From: Clostridia bacterium
GTDB taxonomy: Bacteria; Bacillota; Clostridia; UBA1212
Reading direction: 5' to 3'
DNA length: 64,000 nucleotides
Assembly: GCA_017444825.1 (NCBI GenBank)
Contig: JAFSVU010000020.1
Location: 4,374-68,373 of the forward strand
This document shows, piece by piece, positions 58,724 through 64,000 of this stretch. A program made the translations under genes and the position numbers. Each line of letters starts with the position of its first letter. Within the stretch, counting starts at the first letter, position 1. Below the pieces are notes generated by a model. The model had not been told where the DNA came from, ran no database searches, and saw nothing but the letters and a program-made list of their open reading frames with translations.

Positions 58724-58861
58724 ATGACCAATTACCGTGAGATTCTGAGACTTAAAAAACTCGGGCTCAACAATTCCCAAATTGCTCAACCTTCACATTT
58801 TTATACTAACATTTACAACAAGTACCACTTGAAGAAGATTTATCGAGAAGAAGCCGCTTAA
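58724..58861 (+). pseudogene. Truncated transposase N-terminal HTH fragment (IS21/IstA-like)
   Basis: AAGGAGG RBS then MTNYREILRLKKLGLNNSQIAQ..., stop after 45 aa. The pattern resembles IstA-type N-terminal HTH. Confidence 0.35.
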
Positions 58862-59116
58862 ACAATTGTTTGATAGAATAAAAAAATTGAAAAATCCCAC
58901 AGCCTTGTGTGCTGAAGGGTGCTTAGTCATACCCTAAAATTAGGACGTTTTGCCTGTTAAGTGATAAAAACGATTAGATCAATTCATGAATGAACAAAAC
59001 ATGAAAAAGCCAGCAGTTTTTGCAGTAAAGCAATTACTTGCCGGCTTTTTTCACTGGGCTTTTTTTACAGCCCCTTTTCATGTGACCTAGCGTGGGACTC
59101 GAACCCCTTGGGCCCC

Positions 59117-59165
59117 CCGCAAAGTCCACGACTTTGTGGGGAAAAGGAGCCGCAGCGGAACAATT
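59117..59165 (+). repeat. Hairpin+SD motif copy 3 (stem variant with compensatory changes)
   Basis: CCCCGCAAAGT-ccacg-ACTTTGTGGGG-AAAAGGAGccgcagcggaacaattgaag. Arms differ from copies 1 and 2 at several positions including a 1-nt indel, yet an 11-bp stem is still maintained (compensatory changes). Confidence 0.55.
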
Positions 59166-59291
59166 GAAGTCTATTGACATTGGATATAATCGAAATATCG
59201 TTGGCAATGAAGTGTGAACGCTTGATATGTGGCTTAATTTAGTATATAATTTAGTCACAGCAACACATGCTGATCTTGGAGGTATTTCACT

Positions 59292-59546
59292 ATGACGATT
59301 GTCCCCATGCGTGATCTCAAAAACACTGTTGAAATTGAGCGTCTCTGCGCTGAAGGCGGCCCTGTATTTGTAACAAAAAACGGATACGGAAGGCTCGTTG
59401 TGATGGACATTGAGTACTACGAAAAAACAATGGGCAATATCTATGAAGCCGGACTTGTGAATGATGGCCTTTCTGATCTCGAAAACGGCAGGACAATTGA
59501 CGGCGATTCTGTAAAATCAAGGATAAAGGGAAACTATGGACTCTAA
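59292..59546 (+). CDS. Phd/YefM-family antitoxin (orphan, convergent to doc)
   Basis: MTIVPMRDLKNTVEIERLCAEGGPVFVTKNGYGRLVVMDIEYYE. Upstream TATATAAT -10. Confidence 0.65.
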   Translation: MTIVPMRDLKNTVEIERLCAEGGPVFVTKNGYGRLVVMDIEYYEKTMGNIYEAGLVNDGLSDLENGRTIDGDSVKSRIKGNYGL

Positions 59547-59619
59547 ATATTCCTATCGCTTTACCGAATAAGCATAATAATTTCAATGCAGCAGCCACTT
59601 TCCTTGTGCAGTTATGATT

Positions 59620-60000
59620 TTAACCATCAATATGGTTTTTTATCCAGCTCAACAGATCCTCATAATCTATCTTTCCCGAGGCAACGCCAAGGATGATATT
59701 GGTTAATTCCTCCTGTGTATAGGTTAATTCAGTATCGTTTACAGCCAGGAAAACTAACATCGAATGCGCACCTATTCTTTTGTTGCCGTCAATAAACGCA
59801 TGATTCTTTACAAGACCGAAGCACAGACGTGCAGCCTTCTCAATCACTGTCGGAAACAGTTCTGTGCCATCAAAAGACTGGAACGGTGCCGAAACCGCCG
59901 AATCAAGAAGCCCTTCGTCGCGAAGTCCGGCAGCTCCGCCAGTTTCCCGCAATAGGTGTTCATGGAGCAAAAGAACCTGTTTCTTGGTGATTATCTTCAT
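59620..60000 (-). CDS. doc: Doc/Fic-family toxin
   Basis: Fic motif HAFIDGNKRIG. Confidence 0.8.
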   Translation of the reverse strand: MKIITKKQVLLLHEHLLRETGGAAGLRDEGLLDSAVSAPFQSFDGTELFPTVIEKAARLCFGLVKNHAFIDGNKRIGAHSMLVFLAVNDTELTYTQEELTNIILGVASGKIDYEDLLSWIKNHIDG

Positions 60001-60251
60001 TTTGAGAGCACCTCATATGCCTGTCGGTTCTTATCGATCAAAGACTTAGATACTGACAGCAGCTCCTCGTCGCTGACTGTGACGGCATTGTTTGTCTTGC
60101 GAATTTCAAAAGGGATACCGTTGTAATCAACAGAAGACCTCAAAAAAACCGTTATGGCCGAGGACATATTTAGCCCAAGTTCGGCAAACAGTTGCTCCGC
60201 CCTCTTTTTCAGATCCTCATCAATTCGAATATTTAAGTTTGTTGTTGCCAT
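59997..60251 (-). CDS. RelB/DinJ-family antitoxin, translationally coupled (ATGA) to doc
   Basis: MATTNLNIRIDEDLKKRAEQLFAELGLNMSSAITVFL (ribbon-helix-helix). AAGGAG RBS. Confidence 0.65.
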   Translation of the reverse strand: MATTNLNIRIDEDLKKRAEQLFAELGLNMSSAITVFLRSSVDYNGIPFEIRKTNNAVTVSDEELLSVSKSLIDKNRQAYEVLSK

Positions 60252-60391
60252 AGAAATCAACTCCTTTCGCAATATCATTGTACTGAAATCCGAAAGAATA
60301 GTCAATACATTGTAAAGATATTTTCTTTACAATGAGAAGCATTTATTTCAAAAACGCAATTTTACCAATCTATTTTTATTGAAAAACCAAT

Positions 60392-60488
60392 ACAAAAATG
60401 CTACCATACCCGCATAATAGCAAAATAATAACATTTGCCTTTGAGCATAATTAAAGTTTGCCCGAGGGATAGTCAAAACACATCTCGC
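60392..60488 (+). repeat. 97-bp direct repeat, copy 1 (upstream of ATPase cassette)
   Basis: acaaaaatgctaccatacccgcataatagcaaaataataacatttgcctttgagcataattaaagtttgcccgagggatagtcaaaacacatctcgc. One mismatch to copy 2. Confidence 0.9.
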
Positions 60489-60512
60489 CCCAGTTTAAAA
60501 ACAAAAAATCCG

Positions 60513-60541
60513 TTGATAATTTCTAAAAATATGTTACAATA
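60513..60541 (+). promoter_or_regulatory. Promoter TTGATA-16/17-TGtTACAAT for the ATPase cassette
   Basis: ttgataatttctaaaaatatgttacaat. Imperfect palindrome AAAAC-N2-GTTTT just downstream. Confidence 0.45.
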
Positions 60542-60599
60542 GCCTTGACAACAAAATCAAAAACGCAAAACACGTTTTTAAATCGCGGAGGCATTATAA

Positions 60600-61753
60600 T
60601 GAAACTTCTCAGATTTACAGCTCAAGGGCTACCGCTTTTCAAAGAAAAGCTCGATATTTGTTTTTACGCAACTCAGCGCATTTCGGAGGAACAAAAAGAT
60701 CTGCTCTATCCGCTGTTCTCAAATGTTTACCTAAATACCACAAGTGGCTTCATCGGAATCAATGCTTCCGGAAAAACATCGGTACTGAAAGTCATCCTTC
60801 TGATTCTCGGGATACTTAACAATGAGCCGATAAACTACATTGAAACCAAAGATATCCTTGGCGATGCAGATAACGTTGTTATAAATACGTACTTCTACTC
60901 CGATAAAAGCAAAGAAGTCTGCAGATTGGAAACAACTATAACGGGAAACAGGGCTAAACCTGACGGAATAGTCTACAGCATTGTTTCTGAGAAACTCTGG
61001 TCTAAGAGGACAGATGAAATAGCCACCCGCAAGAGCATGCTTGATTTTGAAGGCAGAGAACCCGTAATGATCAGAAGCGGTCTGGAAGACTACCTCTCCG
61101 AAGATGTAAGCATTCTGATAGCAAGGAACAAGAGAATCGGCGAAAGAGTAAACTTTGTAAATCTTCTTCAGTTCACAAATATAAATGTGCTTCCTTTCTC
61201 TGAAGATATCCCGTCAGAGGTTATAACCTTTCTTGATCCAACAATAGAAAGCCTGCATTTTGGCGAACAGGATAACAAAACCAATATCGGGCTGAAATTC
61301 ATTGGTAAGGAAGAAATTATTCTCAGCAACCCGGTAGAACTCAACAACTATCTCTCTTCAGGCACTGTGAAGGGAATGATCATATTTACATTGGCGCAGG
61401 AAGTGCTCCGGGATGGTGGTTACCTTGTTGTAGATGAAATCGAGAACCATTTCAACAAAGAAATCGTCACAACATTGATGCGTTTCTTCATGGATGCGAG
61501 GTTTAATAAAAATGGCGGAACTTTGGTCTTCTCGACGCATTATCCGGAGCTGCTGGACGAGTATGATCGGAATGACAGCATCTATATTACAAGAAACCGC
61601 AACGGAATCACTGTGGATAATCTGTCTGCGATCCTCAAGCGAAATGATATTAAGAAGAGTGATGCGTATCAAAGCGGATTTCTCGAAGGAACCACCCCTG
61701 TGTATGAGGCGTATATCCGGCTAAAGAAGAGCATTGCAAAAGCACTCAGTTAG
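60600..61753 (+). CDS. AAA_21/ABC-type ATPase (defence-associated family type)
   Basis: GGAGG RBS, MKLLRF.... Walker A GINASGKTS. Signature-like LSSGTVKG. Walker B YLVVDEIENHFN. H-loop VFSTHYPELL. Confidence 0.7.
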
Positions 61754-61762
61754 GAGGCACCA

Positions 61763-62284
61763 ATGGAATTGGCGAAATATAAGGCCTGCATTTGCGAAGG
61801 TTCCGCCGAGCAAGCCATCATTGACGTTCTTCTGGATAATGCACTCCTGATTTTCTCCAGAGAAGACATGCTGGAGGAAAGTGTTATTCGGTGCAGAGAC
61901 GGCAAGCAGTTCGAAGCCAAATATTTGAGAAAAGGCTTTGCAGACAAGATATCTGTTATTCGCGTGCTTGATTCAAGGCGTGAAAACTTCAAACTCAGTA
62001 AAGCATATGAGCAAAAGGTGGATGTCATTAATATTGTCACCGCACCTGAGATTGAGATGTTGATAATTCTGAATGAAGATAAGTACTCAGAATTCAAAAG
62101 ATCCGGAGAAAAACCAAGTGAGTTCTGCAAGAAGCATTTGAAGATGTCGAGTGTGAAGACCTATGATTTTGTGAAAGAATACTTTTCAGATCCGTCTGTA
62201 TTGGTTGCATCGATTAAAGAATATCACAGAATATCGAAAAAACGTAAAGGCGAATATACTTTACTTGAGCTGTTGAAAGATTAG
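61763..62284 (+). CDS. Small partner protein, possible TOPRIM/RloB/DUF4276-like nuclease
   Basis: 173 aa. N-terminal ACICEGSAEQAIIDVLL (Glu motif) and acidic DVINIVTAPEIEMLIILNED. Starts 10 nt after the ATPase stop. Confidence 0.5.
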   Translation: MELAKYKACICEGSAEQAIIDVLLDNALLIFSREDMLEESVIRCRDGKQFEAKYLRKGFADKISVIRVLDSRRENFKLSKAYEQKVDVINIVTAPEIEMLIILNEDKYSEFKRSGEKPSEFCKKHLKMSSVKTYDFVKEYFSDPSVLVASIKEYHRISKKRKGEYTLLELLKD

Positions 62285-62285
62285 A

Positions 62286-62382
62286 ACAAAAATGCTACCA
62301 TACCCGCATAATAGCAAAATAATGACATTTGCCTTTGAGCATAATTAAAGTTTGCCCGAGGGATAGTCAAAACACATCTCGC
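62286..62382 (+). repeat. 97-bp direct repeat, copy 2 (immediately after cassette stop codon)
   Basis: 96 of 97 bases identical to copy 1. Spacing 1894 bp. Confidence 0.9.
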
Positions 62383-62415
62383 AGGCTTTCTGCAAACAGG
62401 ACCGGGAGGTTTTTA

Positions 62416-63423
62416 ATGTCTAAAAAACGATATTCAGTAATTGTGATCGTGTGCATTATTGCATTGGCGATACTCGCAGGGTGCGGTGATGACGACTTAT
62501 CGCCAACGGCAGATCCCACAGTTGAGCTCACACTCGAGCCATCCGCTGAACAATCTACACCCGAGTCAACGGAAGAGCCTTCACCTGAACCAACGATATA
62601 CCTTTACACCCGCGACGGCGACTACATTTATTTCGGCTCCTACCCGCAGTCTGTAGTAACTGACGAAACCCGCAAAGAGTCTCTCACAAACACTGCAGGT
62701 GACACAGGTACCTGGACATCTTACGACTATTACATCGAAGGCGAAGCATCCGACTTCATGGTCTACAAGGATGTAAGCTATGAAGGCGAAAAGTATAGAG
62801 GCGTTTTTTTCACAAAATACAGGCCAATGTACACAACCAACAAATCCTCGGCAGATTACTCTTATCAGGATAACAACGGTTATTACGCCAACACCGTATA
62901 TTGGTTTAAGTATGAACCAATTAAGTGGAAGATATTATCGGAATCTGACGGCGACGTATTTCTTTTGTCAGAGCTGCTGCTTGATTCCCAGGACTATCAT
63001 TATACACAGGATACGATAAACGACTATAGCGCAAATGATTATGAACAGTCTCACATCAGGGCCTGGCTAAATGATCATTTCTACAATACTGCATTTTCTG
63101 AATCGGAAAAAGCCATTATCAAAGAAACACTTGTGGATAACACAAATGATAAGATATTCCTCCTAAGCTATAGCGAAGTTAACAACGGCAAGTACTTTGT
63201 CTTCGATAACAATGCCGTAGTTAAAAAACCCAGTGATTACTCGAAGGCACAGGGCACGACCGTCTACTCCGGAGAAGGTTATTGGTGGTTGCGGTCACCT
63301 GCAAGCACCGGGAGCGTTGCCGCGTACGCTGTCGACTGCGAGGAGAAACCAAATGCCATGACCTACAACGTTAATGCAACTGTGTTTGGCGTCCTGCCTG
63401 CCTTGCATTTAGACATTGGTTAA
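62416..63423 (+). CDS. Hypothetical lipoprotein with Thr/Glu/Pro linker and WWLRSP-containing C-terminal domain
   Basis: GGGAGG RBS, MSKKRYSVIVIVCIIALAILAGCG lipobox. Confidence 0.5.
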   Translation: MSKKRYSVIVIVCIIALAILAGCGDDDLSPTADPTVELTLEPSAEQSTPESTEEPSPEPTIYLYTRDGDYIYFGSYPQSVVTDETRKESLTNTAGDTGTWTSYDYYIEGEASDFMVYKDVSYEGEKYRGVFFTKYRPMYTTNKSSADYSYQDNNGYYANTVYWFKYEPIKWKILSESDGDVFLLSELLLDSQDYHYTQDTINDYSANDYEQSHIRAWLNDHFYNTAFSESEKAIIKETLVDNTNDKIFLLSYSEVNNGKYFVFDNNAVVKKPSDYSKAQGTTVYSGEGYWWLRSPASTGSVAAYAVDCEEKPNAMTYNVNATVFGVLPALHLDIG

Positions 63424-63653
63424 TAACTCCCTAAATATGATTTTTTTGCAGCGCTGATGGAATACATTGGCGCTGTCTTTAAATACCCTTAAATCCCCGC
63501 AAAGCGTCGGCGTTTCAGAAGACTTTCCCGAAATTTGATGTTAGAATATCATTGAATGAAGAAACCAATGGATCGGGCTGTGCTCTTTTATCGGCCCGGC
63601 AGTTTACGAAAAATTCCGGTTTGAATGATCAGAAAGCACTACAGGAGGTTGTT

Positions 63654-64000
63654 ATGAAACGTTTTTTTGCATGTATATGTTTGTTTTTTGCGGCAGTCAT
63701 GATACTTACCGCATGTTCCCCGAGGTTCAATGCGGCAGTTTATGAGGACGTCCACATTGACGAGAGTCTCGGGTTTGAAAGCCGGGCGTTTTTGCTCAAA
63801 AATACCGGTGACGTCGAAGCTCACATCGAGTCCCACGAGACGGATGAGTTTTCAAAGCCTTATTACGGTGACCTGAAAAAGTATGATAGCAAGTTTTTCG
63901 AAGAGAACAGTTTAGCGGTCGTTTATTATTATGACTCCACCACCTCAGCAAAAATATCCGTAAAAGGGATACAGTATAGTGGTGATACCGTCACGGTCAT
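63654..64000 (+). CDS. Hypothetical lipoprotein, 3' truncated by window end
   Basis: AGGAGG RBS, MKRFFACICLFFAAVMILTACS lipobox. Confidence 0.45.
   Translation, partial: MKRFFACICLFFAAVMILTACSPRFNAAVYEDVHIDESLGFESRAFLLKNTGDVEAHIESHETDEFSKPYYGDLKKYDSKFFEENSLAVVYYYDSTTSAKISVKGIQYSGDTVTV

Larger units (their letters stand above)
56009..64000. mobile_element. AT-rich genomic island remnant downstream of tRNA-His (no integrase within window)
   Basis: GC drop is obvious by eye (57.2-64 kb versus the rest). tRNA 3' duplication, TA modules, transposase fragment, ATPase cassette with flanking repeats. Confidence 0.5.

Noticed and set aside
59088-59118. tRNA-like fragment on minus strand (GGGGTTCGAGTCCCAC...)
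   Set aside because: Only a T-arm-like segment with a non-pairing acceptor. Too short and degenerate to call a tRNA gene or att site, so it is noted only as a possible scar.

Overview
GC-rich (~55-60% by eye) Gram-positive chromosomal segment, probably Clostridia-like. The Gram-positive assignment rests on lipobox lipoproteins, sigma-A type -35/-10 promoters, and ftsEX-ctpA and yhaN/yhaO-like gene pairs. Positions 1-15k carry one long minus-strand operon for polysaccharide uptake with CUT1-type ABC components. It holds two MalF/MalG-like permease pairs, one ordinary lipoprotein SBP and a 1141-aa membrane-anchored protein whose C-terminus is an SBP. Between the two permease pairs sit an NHL-beta-propeller/multipass-membrane fusion and a 909-aa type-II membrane glycosidase-like protein. 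No ATPase gene is present. Next, still on the minus strand, come a DHHW (AlgJ/AlgX-like) + MBOAT O-acyltransferase pair, hslO (Hsp33) and a GH36-like alpha-galactosidase. The middle of the window holds an OmpR/HK two-component system, an M23 peptidase, an XRE regulator, a DJ-1/PfpI protein and a GH78-like rhamnosidase. It also holds an ftsE-ftsX-S41 protease-methyltransferase cluster, a PucR regulator, and a HexNAc-salvage cluster (DUF4091/GH123-like protein, an uncharacterised GH-like paralog, N-acetylhexosamine 1-kinase NahK, a ribokinase-family kinase). After that come GtrA, type III glutamine synthetase, and SbcC/SbcD-like (YhaN/YhaO-like) genes. Five intergenic loci carry one family of structured repeats: GGGAGTGCCGC / GTCCGGCACCGC boxes plus tandem GGTAA(N)A heptads. 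A tRNA-His (GUG) at 55.9 kb has its 3' end duplicated 208 bp downstream. It is followed to the window end by an AT-rich island holding TetR, Doc/DinJ and Phd toxin-antitoxin genes, an IS21-like transposase fragment, and a three-copy hairpin motif with compensatory base changes. The island also holds an AAA_21-type ATPase + small TOPRIM-like partner cassette flanked by 97-bp near-identical direct repeats, which is the best candidate for an undescribed defence-type system.
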